In this document: piece by piece, positions 1-10,099 of the stretch
Position numbering within the stretch: the stretch's first letter is position 1
How the letters are laid out: the number at the start of each line of letters is the position of its first letter
NCBI GenBank assembly: GCA_977017645.1
Contig: OZ360223.1
Coordinates: forward strand, 224,502,001-224,566,000
DNA length: 64,000 nt
Direction: 5' to 3'
Source of the DNA: Torpedo marmorata
Taxonomy: Eukaryota
Made by a program: the position numbers and the translations under genes
Notes under the pieces: model-generated
The model's database searches: none
What the model was told of the DNA's origin: nothing
The model's input: the letters and a program-made list of their open reading frames with translations, nothing else

Positions 1-291
1 GGTGGTGAATGTCAGGGTCACATTTCAGCAGGGTTCATGGTGGAGGCCTGTGGTGGAATGCGGTGCCGCGGGTATGTCCGGGCATGTCTGGGCATTTCCT
101 CCCTGGCTCATTGGGGTAACCTGTAGCCCCTCCCCATTACATCCCCTAATAAAGGCTGAGAGCCCTAGTCTCTCCCCTATACCTGCCTTGGAAGTGAGCC
201 AGCAGCATGTAGAGGCATGCTCGAACTTTCTGATCAATAAAGCCTTTGATCACTTTCTTCGTGTCTGTGAGTGGTCATTGATCGCACTACA
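1..291 (+). mobile_element. LTR-like sequence (solo or 3' LTR), related in architecture to the Gypsy LTR at 4082-4329
   Basis: Shares cccctcccc..aataaaggc, aataaaagcct and gtc..gtcattgat..ca blocks with the Gypsy LTR read on the minus strand; ends ...actaca at 291; left end at or cut by the window edge. Confidence 0.55.
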
Positions 292-904
292 AGGCACAAG
301 GTATGAGGAGTACACATACACCTTAAAAGAAGCATACTTGTTGCTGGTCCTGAATGCAAAAATCCATAGCCTACTGAGGCAGGACCCTTTAAGTAATGCT
401 GATGTGAGCCTCCCAGATATTGAAGAGACCTGGCTCTGCATGAGTCGTATGTGCTGCATGAGGCATGGATTCTGTTGTAACAACATCCAAATGTGCCTTG
501 TACTTTACTGAGCGTGTCTTGACTAGGTTGTATGTTAGTGCTCCAAATCTAAATTCAAGAGGATTCAAGATCAGATTGGTGTCTTCTGGCAATTATCTGT
601 GAAGACCAATCAGGTTTTGTGATTGGCTTTCAAAAGCTGTCAACAGCTTTGTTTATCCCATTCTTTCAGGCAGAGCATTCCAGGTGCTCACCACGGTCCC
701 ACCTCTATCCCATATAGTTCGGATCAGTCCTGTCAGTCCAACTCATCCATGCTAACCAAGTTGGCATTCTTGGATAGTCCATCTGCCTGCATTTGGTCCA
801 CTTCCTTTGAAACTCTTCCTGCTTCAATAGCATCCTCTGGCAGTTCATTCCAGATACAAAATCTACATCCTTTCACAAAAAATAATGTTCTCTAGTTTTA
901 TTCA

Positions 905-1165
905 CATGATAACATAGAACATTACAGCACAGTACAGGCCCTTCGGCCCTCGATGTTGCGCCAACCAAAATAACCTAAAAAAAAACGAAACCCTCCTTAC
1001 CTCGTAACCCTCTATTTTTCTTTCATCCATGTGCCTGTCTGAGAGTCTCTTAAATGCCCCTAATGTTTCAGCCTCCACCACCACCCCTGGCAAGGCATTC
1101 CAGGTACCCACAACTCTCTGTGTAAAAAAACGTACCCCTGATGTCTCCCCTAAACTTTCCTCCCT
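905..1165 (-). mobile_element. CR1 LINE 3' end fragment
   Basis: ORF2 C-terminus FFTQRVVGTWNALP...GAFKRLSDRHMD plus typical 3' tail (ggccgaagggcctgtactgtgctgtaatgttctatgt). Confidence 0.85.
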
Positions 1166-1289
1166 TCTCTGGCATGGCATGTGATGCACGCACGCTGGGC
1201 CCATGTACGCGCCAGTCTGCCACCCTCGTGGCGTTCGAGGTTTGTTCGCTTGAGAAACCCTCTCCCTCGTCCTGCAAGACCCCTGCGGT

Positions 1290-2339
1290 CATCTTGATAA
1301 AGGGAGATGTTTCCTGCAGTTTACCCTATCTATGCCCTTCATAATTTTATATACCTCAGTCATGTTCCTTCTTAAGCTTCTCAACTCTGAGGAATTCAGA
1401 CTTAGCCTCTCCACTCTCTCCTCATCACAGAAATGCCCCATCCTGGGCAACATCTTGGTGAAGAGAAACATGCTGGAATCTTGAGCAAGCAGAAAGAAGC
1501 TGGAGGGACTCAGCAGGTCAAGTAGCATCCATAGAGAAAATGAACTGTCAATGTTTAGGTCAGGATCACTTCTCGAGACTAAGCTCAATAATGAAGTAAT
1601 GCATTCCTTGACTGACAGTACAATGTCACTTCCTATTTTACATCCCCATCCGTCTTGCCTGAAAATTATACATCTCAAGATGCTGAGTTGCCAGTTCTGC
1701 CTATCTTTCAATCATATCTCAGTGATGACATATATAATCCCATGTTTTAATTAAAGCTTTAAGTTCATCTGCCTCACTAATTAGGCTCCTTGCATTAAAA
1801 TAGATGCAGTTTAGTTTCGTATTCCCCTCACCAGAATTTACTTGCCTTCCCTGCCTACAAAACTTATTGACTTTTTCTCCTCCAGGTAACCGTACCTCCT
1901 CATCTAAAAAATTACTCCGAGCCATCTTCTCCTGCCAACTCAGTTTAAACCTTCCTCAAGAGTGCGAGCAAACCTCCCTACTTGCATTTTGGTCCCTTTC
2001 CTATTTAGGTACAACTCGTCCCTCTTGTACAGGCCATACCTTCCCCAGAAATGTCCCCAGTGACCCAGGAACCCTAAATACCACACTCCTACCCCATAGC
2101 TTCAGCCACACATTCATCTGACCTATCCTCCTATCCTTCTTTTCCTGTACACACCAGTTTGTGGCACTGAAGCGATCCAGAGATTACAGCCTTTGAGATC
2201 CTACTCTTTATACATATATCTGGCACTATAAGCTCATGCTGCAGGACCTCACCCTATCACCTATCCAAGTTGTTGGTACCAATATGTACCACTATCACTG
2301 ACTATTCACCCTTCCTTTTCAGAATGTACTGCAGATGCT
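1290..2339 (-). mobile_element. Degraded CR1 fragments (ORF1 end/ORF2 start and ORF2 C-terminus)
   Basis: LNCIYFNARSL (CR1 endonuclease start) and EVYKIMKGIDRV motifs; many disablements. Confidence 0.65.
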
Positions 2340-3735
2340 CTTTGGAAAAGTTTTTTTTTTTTTTAAAATATTTTATTTTAAAATTTTCAATTTTTTCACA
2401 ATAATACAAAATAATGTAAAATATACATTAAACATCAGTTAAATTCGATACATAGGAATTTCGCATTACCATGAGTCTAACCCCATCTAAACCACCCTTA
2501 CTAAAACAACCCACCCTCCACCCTTCCCATCCCTTATCCCCCCCCCATACTAGAACTAAAAAAGAAAAGGGAAGGGAAAAGAACAATTGAAAATATATCT
2601 GTACATATCCATGGCTTGATGGAGGAAATTCCACAATGTTCATTATTCAAATTTAAACTTAAGAGAGCCAGCGGGGTCTGGGATGCAAGGCAACATATTT
2701 AAATATTCATTCCTGATAATTGGATAAATGGACGCCAAATTTGTAAAAAGAGCCCGTACTTATTCCTCATATTGTATGTTATTTTTTCCAATGGGATACA
2801 ACTCTGCATCTCTGAATTCCATCTACTCATACTCAGATTTATGTCCAATTTCCAGGTCACTGCTATACCTTTCCTAGCTACTGCTAGTGCAATTTTTACG
2901 AATTTTAATTACCATATGGATAATTTCAATTTTGGTCTAGCTCCCTCTACATTTCCCAATAAGAACAGGTCAGGCCTTCTTCTTCTCCACATCTAAAACA
3001 TCTATTTGGTATTGTAGAATTCATCTTGTTCAGTTTTTGTGGTGTGAGGTATATTTGGTGTAAGAAGTTGTATTGTACCAGTCTATATCTTACATTAACA
3101 GTATTAGTCATACTATCTAAGCATAGATCCGACCATCTTTTTTCATCAATTATAATATTAAGATCTTGTTCCCATCTTTGTCTGGACTTATGAAGTCCTC
3201 GTTTTTGAGCTCCCTTCTGTAACAAAGAATATAATTGGTCCATTTATCCCATTAATGTTAAAATTCAAGAATCTCAATACGTTACTCATTTTTAATTATG
3301 TTTCGTTCCTATTAATGTCACCCCCTTCATCCCAGACCCCCTTCTCACCCTCCATAACTACTTTCTTCAGTCTCCATCGAGCCAACATATATTCCTTGCA
3401 ATAATACATAGTTACTATAATAAAAATATACAATTACTAAGTACATTCCCCCTCCCTATAGAAAAGAAAACATGCTCTAACTATAACCCCACTAACGCTG
3501 CTAATATATACAGCGCTACCCCCCTCTATTTTACGGGCCGCGGCCTTAGCCGCGGAAGTACACATGATTGTAGCAGGAGTCAGGAACTCACCCTCCTCTC
3601 CCCGACCCCCCTGATATCACACTTTTAACATAAACCATTTCTTATCATTAGGATTTCCAAGTTATAAATTATAAACTGGTATATATCCCTCTTTTTACCA
3701 ATATATAATAGAAACTAGAAAAACACATTCATTTT

Positions 3736-4076
3736 TCAATGTTCCTCTCTAGTCGGTGGCAGCTCATTGGCAAATTCCTCTGCTAAAGCATAGTTTGTAA
3801 AGAATTTGTTTTGCTGGTCCGGTGTAAAGATCTTCAAGGTCGCTGGGTGTCGCAGCACAAATCTATACCCCTTCTCCCACAAAGTCTTTTTAGCTGTATT
3901 GAATTCTTTCCTCCTCTTCATCAAGTCGGCGCTTATGTCCGGGTAAAAAAGAACTTTGGCTGCTTTATATATCAAGGGACCTCCTCTCTGTCTTGCTACC
4001 TTCATTGCGGTCTGCAAAATTCGCTCCCTGTCTTGGTATCTTGAAAACTTGATTAGTATAGAACGTGGGTATTGAT
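3736..4076 (-). CDS. L1 ORF1p C-terminal part (downstream of Gypsy insertion)
   Basis: DQYPRSILIKFSRYQDRERIL...FYPDISADLMKRRKEF...HPATLKI; in frame with 8286-9054 once the Gypsy element and one TSD are removed (369 aa reconstructed). Confidence 0.88.
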
Positions 4077-4081
4077 CTTGT

Positions 4082-4329
4082 TGATATACCTATCAATGAC
4101 AGACGCGAGTCTAGAAGTGCAGGAATTAATAGGCTTTTATTACCAGAATCAAAGCCAGGGCTAATACACCTTGACCTGATGATCCCTGCTGGATTGTCCC
4201 GGAACTGGGGGAGGAGTAGCTGGCTCAATGCCTTTATTCCATGTAAAGGGGGAGGGGTCACCGGGACAGACAGACAGGTCATGGTCATACTTGCCTCAGG
4301 CCACAATACAAACAAAGTGGTTTACCACA
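4082..4329 (-). repeat. Gypsy 3' LTR
   Basis: Direct repeat of 8038-8285, preceded by the polypurine tract on the minus strand. Confidence 0.97.
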
Positions 4330-4424
4330 TTCACCCCTTCTTTTAGAACAAGTCCGACGGGGGGGTGAAGTGGATACCATAGAGGAGAAAAAAAATACAA
4401 ATATCCATAGATTATATACAGTCT

Positions 4425-5395
4425 TTACAAATCAAGTTTCACCGGCGGCCGGATTTGCCGCCGTGACCTGCGTAGCGCCAGCGGTGATGGTAGTGGTTGT
4501 GGAATGAGGGTACGAGTGAGGGTACGTGATACCTGCGGAGACGGTTGTGGTTGTGGAACGGGAGTAGGTATAGTAGGGTGGATCTGGGTCGGGTTCGCCT
4601 CCTGCCTGGCTAGTGGCCTGTCCAGCTGTGACGGGGGCGTTGTAGCCGCCGTGCTGGGAGGCGGATGGGCCGGAGGGGGCAGCTGCGACCCGGCATTCCC
4701 GCTGTCGGGGACCTCTTCTGACGCTCCTGCAGGCGCCAGGTCCCGTATTGACACCGTGTCTTCCCGCCCGTCGGGGAAAACCACGAATGCGTACTGCGGG
4801 TTCGCATGGATCAGCTGCACCCTCTCGACCAAGGGCTCGTACTTGCTACTCCGAAGATGTTTGCGGAGTAGCACCGGCCCCGGGGACGTCAGCCAGGCAG
4901 GGAGTGTAGTCCCGGTGGTCGATTTTCTGGGGAAGGAAAAGATACGTTCGTGAGGGGTAGCGTTAGTGGCAGTACACAGAAGGGATCGTATGGAGTGGAG
5001 GGCGTCCGGGAGAACCTCCTGCCAGCGAGCCACTGGCCACCCTTTTGCTTTCAGGGCCAGTAGTGTCGCTGTCCATACTGTGGCGTTCTCCCTCTCCACC
5101 TGTCCGTTCCCCCGTGGGTTGTACCCCGTGGTCCTACTGGTAGCGATGCCTCGGGTCTGCAAGTGCTGTCTCAGCTCCCCGCTCATGAACGCGGATCCCC
5201 GGTCGCTATGGACATAGCTGGGGAACCCGAACACGGTGAAAACCTGGTGGAGAGCCTTGATAGCCGACGCCGCCAAGGTATCTGGGCAGGGGATGGCAAA
5301 GGGAAACCGCGAGTACTCATCGATGATGTTGAGGAAGTACACATTGCGGTTCGTGGAGGGAAGGGGGCCCTTGAAGTCTATACTGAGACGTTGAA
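4425..5395 (-). pseudogene. Gypsy integrase core and C-terminus (frameshifted from pol)
   Basis: SIDFKGP, HSDRGSAF, GNGQVERENA (D,D35E); 1-nt frameshift near 5390 separates it from the HHCC region (HNDLCH..CRVC). Confidence 0.92.
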
Positions 5396-6820
5396 CGGGC
5401 GGGTGGCTTTGACCAGCTGTGCTCTGTCGGGGCGGTAGTACTGCGGTTTGCATTCCGCACAGACTCGGCAGCTGCTGGTCATGGTCTTGACCTCATCCAG
5501 GGAGAAAGGCAGGTTCCGTGCTTTAATGAAGTGGAACAGCCTGGTAACTCCTGGGTGGCAGAGGTCATTATGCAGGGAGTATAACCGGTCGATCTGCGCG
5601 CTGGCGCACGATCCCCGGGATAGAGCGTCAGGGGGCTCGTTGAGCTTCCCGGGCCGGTAAAGGATGTCGTAATTGTAGGTGGAGAGTTCTATTCTCCACC
5701 TCATGATTTTGTCATTTTTAATTTTACCCCGCTGCTGGCTGTTAAACATGAAAGCGACGGAGCGCTGGTCCGTCAGCAGGGTAAAATGTTTTCCGGCGAG
5801 ATAGTGCCTCCAGTGTCGGACAGCCTCGACAATGGCCTGGGCCTCTTTCTCTACCGCGGAGTGCCGAATTTCGGGGCCTTGCAGGGTGCGGGAGAAAAAC
5901 GCTACCGGTCTTCCCGCCTGGTTGAGGGTAGCAGCCAGTGCGAAGTCCGAGGCGTCACTCTCCACCTGGAAAGGTTCCGACTCGTCCACCGCGTGCATCG
6001 CTGCTCGGGCGATGTCCCCTTTTATGAGGTCGAAGGCCTCACGTGCCTCCGCTGCTAGGGGAAACTTGGTGGATTTGACGAGGGGTCGGGCTTTGTCCGA
6101 GTAGTTTGGGACCCACTGTGCATAATACGAAAAAAACCCGAGGCATCGTTTAAGTGCTTTGGGGGTAACGGGGATCGGAAGTTCCAACAGGGGGCGCATG
6201 CGGTCGGGGTCGGGTCCAATCACCCCGTTTTCCATGACGCACCCCAGGATAGCGAGTCGGGTAGTCCCGAACACGCATTTCTCCTTGTTATAGGTGAGGT
6301 TCAGCGTCTCGGCCGCCTGTAAGAACTTCCGAAGGTTCCTATCGTGATCCTGGCGATCATGACCACAAATGGTGATGTCGTCCAGGTACGGGAAGGTGGC
6401 AGTGAGCTTGAACTGGTCAATGATCCTGTCCATCTCCCTTTGGAACACGGATACCCCATTTGTTACCCCAAAGGGGACGCGCAGAAAATGAAATAATCTG
6501 CCGTCCGCCTCGAAAGCGGTGTATACTCGGTCCTCCCGGCGGATTGGGAGCTGATGGTAAGCCGACTTAAGGTCGATGGTGGAGAACACTTTATATTGAG
6601 CAATCTGGTTGACCATATCCGCGATCTTTGGCAGCGGATAGGCGCCCAGTTGCGTGAACCGGTTGATGGTCTGGCTATAGTCCACCACCATCCGGCTCTT
6701 ATCCCCGTTCTTTACCACGACTACCTGTGCTCTCCAGGGGCTGTTACTGGGTGCAATGATCCCTTCCCCCAGTAAACGCTGCACCTCCGCCTTAATAAAT
6801 GCCCTGTCCCCTGCACTGTA
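5378..6820 (-). pseudogene. Gypsy pol: reverse transcriptase, RNase H and integrase zinc finger
   Basis: RMVVDY, IDLKSAYHQ, VPFGV, YLDD; RNase H SDASD/EKEA/TDQRS/PDALSR; separated from upstream frame by TGA at 6821-6823. Confidence 0.95.
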
Positions 6821-7996
6821 TCACCTACTTTTCGTTGCAATGGGCTTACAGTCAGGGGTCAGGTTGGCGAAGAGTGGCGGGGGTTGGGTCTTTAGCGTGG
6901 AGAGACCACAGGTAGTCTGGGGCGTGTTATTTACGTATTGGGGGTTAGTCACAACGATTGGGGGGTGGGGCCCATCATAGTGCATGGTGACGCTACACAG
7001 GTGGCTTGGCCGCCCCCTCCCGTCGCACGTGGCGCTGCTGGAAACCGGAAGTGCTGCGCGCTGTGATGGCCGCCTCCAGACCTCGCACGAGGTCTCCGCC
7101 GGAAGTGAAGTCAGGTAAGATGGCCGCTCCCGTACCTCGCACGCGGCGCTGCTCGGACCCGTACGCGACTTGGAGCGGCAGGCCTTAGCATAGTGGCCTT
7201 TCTTGCCACAGCTAGAACAAGTCGCGTCTCGGGCCGGGCAGCGCTTGCGCGGGTGCTTGTCGAGCCCGCAGAAGTAGCACTTCTCGGGCTCCCGGGTGAT
7301 AGCGGCGGCGGTTAACTCACAGGTAGCGGCGGGCTCTCGGGCGGCGGCGGCAGCGGCCAACTCACGGATAGCGTCGGCGGCGGCGAGCGGGTCCCGGTAG
7401 ACGGCAGCGGCCGTCGCGTTGCTTGCAGGGCTGACGGTTGGGGCGATCCAAGAAGCAGGCTGCGCCTGCATAGCGTCAGCGTTCTTTAGGGCCGAGTCCA
7501 GATTAAGGATGTTCTGGACGGTCGATTTCAGGGTCAGGTCGGCGTGTTCCAGCAATCGCTGGCGGATGTAGCCCGACCTGATCCCCTTTATGATTGTGTC
7601 CTTTGCCAGTATTTCGGAGTGTTGCTCGGCCGTCAGGGCTCGACAGTCACACGCCCGCACCAGGAGCATCACGTCCTGGATGTATTCGGAGACCGACTCT
7701 CCGGGTCGCTGGTACCGCTGCGATATCCGGTGCCTTGCGAAAATCTCGTTCGCTGGCGTCAGGTACAGCTTTCGGAGGGCTCCCAAGGCATTATCAAAAG
7801 TCTCACAGTCCCTGACGGCGCCATACACTCGCTTGCTTACCCTGGACATGAGGATATCGAGTTTCTGTTCGTCAGTAACTGCTCCGGACGACCTCATGTA
7901 GGCTACGAAGCAGCGTTGCCAAAGTTCGAAATCGCTTGCAGCGTCTTGGGCCAGGGGGTCGATGTCTAGCTTATCCGGCTTTAACAAATTCTCCAT
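6821..7996 (-). CDS. Gypsy Gag with two zinc knuckles, fused across a protease deletion to the pre-RT linker
   Basis: CYFCGLDKHPRKRC and CSSCGKKGHYAKAC; QRPGESVSEY capsid-like motif; no D[ST]G protease motif. Confidence 0.9.
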   Translation of the reverse strand: MENLLKPDKLDIDPLAQDAASDFELWQRCFVAYMRSSGAVTDEQKLDILMSRVSKRVYGAVRDCETFDNALGALRKLYLTPANEIFARHRISQRYQRPGESVSEYIQDVMLLVRACDCRALTAEQHSEILAKDTIIKGIRSGYIRQRLLEHADLTLKSTVQNILNLDSALKNADAMQAQPASWIAPTVSPASNATAAAVYRDPLAAADAIRELAAAAAAREPAATCELTAAAITREPEKCYFCGLDKHPRKRCPARDATCSSCGKKGHYAKACRSKSRTGPSSAACEVRERPSYLTSLPAETSCEVWRRPSQRAALPVSSSATCDGRGRPSHLCSVTMHYDGPHPPIVVTNPQYVNNTPQTTCGLSTLKTQPPPLFANLTPDCKPIATKSR

Positions 7997-8037
7997 CGAT
8001 TGCTCGATTCGGATTTTCTTGAAACTGGTAATAAAAT

Positions 8038-8285
8038 TGATATACCTATCAATGACAGACGCGAGTCTAGAAGTGCAGGAATTAATAGGCTTTTATTACC
8101 AGAATCAAAGCCAGGGCTAATACACCTTGACCTGATGATCCCTGCTGGATTGTCCCGGAACTGGGGGAGGAGTAGCTGGCTCAATGCCTTTATTCCATGT
8201 AAAGGGGGAGGGATCACCGGGACAGACAGACAGGTCATGGTCATACTTGCCTCAGGCCACAATACAAACAAAGTGGTTTACCACA
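8038..8285 (-). repeat. Gypsy 5' LTR
   Basis: Direct repeat of 4082-4329; about 41 nt upstream of the gag ATG. Confidence 0.97.
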
Positions 8286-9054
8286 CTTGTGCTGGTCTTG
8301 CTCTTAAAGCCCTATGGGCTCTTTCAATTTCAATTTCACGCTCAAACTTATCCGCGCCCAGCACTTTCGGTAGCCAAGTCTTCATGAAAGCGATCATGTC
8401 TTGTTCTTCCTCACCGTCTTTAAGACTAACGATCTTTATGTTATTTCTTCTACTAAAATTTTCCATTATGTCCATTTGCTGCTTGAGTTTTTTATTTTCC
8501 ATCTCTAAAACAGTGTAATTATTTTCCATTGCCTCCACTCTTCCTTTAGTATTTTCCACTTCTACTTTTATTTTCTTAACTTTATATTCAATCTTCTTTA
8601 CTTTTAACTTCAAGTCTTTCATATCATCAATTACCTTTTTCACATAGTTCATATCTTCCTTTAATTCCCTGAGTGCTGTTAGTATAGCTGTAGTTGTTGA
8701 CACTTCCCCTTTAAATACTTGCTGTGACGTCTCCGGCGGTTGTTGTTGTAGCGCTTCGGCCTCCAGCTGATCATCCTCATCTTCCGAATCGGAGCTGCTC
8801 GTGTCTCCCTGATCTGAGGACGTTCTTGCCGGTGTTTCGCGCATGCGCGAAGCAGGCCCGATTTCCTCACCGGCGCCATGTTTTTGGCGTCGGGAGGAGT
8901 CAGTGCCTGCCGCCGTACCCATCAACGGAGCCTCCTCCTGGGGCTCCGTTCGCACTTCAGCTCCCTGCTGCCGAGGCCTCTTCCCTGCCGAGGTCTTCTC
9001 TCTCCGTTGAAGCCCAGGTAAGTCCTTTGTTGTTTTAAGTTTTTTCGGAGGCAT
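8286..9054 (-). CDS. L1 ORF1p N-terminal part
   Basis: Coiled-coil region, ENFSRRNNIKIV and IERAHRAL motifs. Confidence 0.9.
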
Positions 9055-9289
9055 TTTTTTCTTTTCTTTGGTAGGTTAAAGCCCCTTTAGAGTAATTTTT
9101 AGCTTACAAGAAGCGGTTTTTTTTCACTTTTTTTAGAGTTCTCAGGGTTTCTACGCCCTGACTCTACTCCATCACGTGACGTCCCCCCTTTGGAAAAGTT
9201 TTTGTTCCCTCTCTGAAGTTTGTCTTTTTTTTCCTCAGGTTTTGACTCCAATCCATCCAGGAAGATCCCCTTGCTGAATGTAACCGTTT

Positions 9290-9400
9290 CACCCCCTCCC
9301 ACCTCCCCCACCCCCAACCCCAACCGCCCCCACTCCCCCACGACCCACCCCCCCACGACCCACCCCCCCACAACCCCACCCCCCCTGACCCCCCCTACCC
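9290..9400. repeat. C-rich low-complexity tract (G-runs on minus strand)
   Basis: Repeated ccccccacgaccca / cccaac units. Confidence 0.8.
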
Positions 9401-9711
9401 TGTTCCAATTGAGTATTTGTAAATTGGGATATTTTTTTTCTCCTTTTCACAAACAATTGTAAATATCATAGAATTATGATCAGAGTTTCCTAAATGTCCA
9501 ACAATAAAACAAAAATTCTGAAAATACCTAGCTGATCCAGTAGCATCCATGGAGAAAGAAATACTTAACATTTCAAATCATTGACCAATAATCAGGAAAT
9601 ACTTTCCCCAACATTCTCCCACTGTGGCATATTCTTCAATCACAGTATTGTGACTTGTTGCATTTTATTCCACAGAATCTCTTTGCAAATATTTGATAAC
9701 AAACTTCTTAC

Positions 9712-9770
9712 TGTCCATGCTTAAGAAATTCCCTCTTCTCTTTGTTCTTTACATTATTCAATTTCTCTGG
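9712..9770 (-). CDS. Candidate 59-nt internal exon of an unidentified host gene (PEKLNNVKNKEKREFLKHG)
   Basis: ttgttttag acceptor, ACA|gtaaga donor, open phase-0 frame, non-repeat context. Confidence 0.3.
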
Positions 9771-10099
9771 CTAAAACAATCCACAAACAATTTTTTCTCT
9801 GTTTAGTAGCTAATGTTACACAAGCATATTTGATGTCTATATTGTCCCCAAATTTGAACAGTATTTAAAATTTGCATCAAGTTGTACAAACGGCATTTTT
9901 GAATCAAAGAATGCTCTTTGGTTGAGAGCCACACCCTTCATCATTCCTCTCCTACAAAAATACCCATTGCAATTGCACTAATTGAACTAAATCAAATGTC
10001 TTTGAACCTATATCATTCCTTTCCAGTGCTGAAACAGTATCTGTGATTGTTATTGCCATATCACTTTCACATTTCCTTCCTATCTTTCCTGACTATCTT

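Larger units (their letters stand above)
4082..8285 (-). mobile_element. Ty3/Gypsy LTR retrotransposon, young but defective (protease deleted)
   Basis: Two 248-bp TG..CA LTRs with one visible mismatch; 5-bp TSD cttgt (4077-4081, 8286-8290); polypurine tract aaaagaaggggtgaa at about 4330-4344; gag-RT-RNaseH-IN order. Confidence 0.97.
2356..9187 (-). mobile_element. L1-clade element with ORF1 but about 3.2 kb of ORF2 deleted; interrupted by a Gypsy element
   Basis: 16-bp TSD ctttggaaaagttttt at 2340-2355 and 9188-9203; poly(A) tail and AATAAA on minus strand; G-run 5' end; ORF2 start (ATG at 3289) fused at about 3233 to the ORF2 C-terminal region. Confidence 0.92.

Noticed and set aside
2-511. 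169-aa ORF at the window start
   Set aside because: Spans an LTR-like sequence and degraded flank; no recognisable motif
4504-8518. Several plus-strand ORFs over the Gypsy element
   Set aside because: Antisense shadows of GC-rich gag/pol and LTR; no env-like signal peptide or membrane anchor
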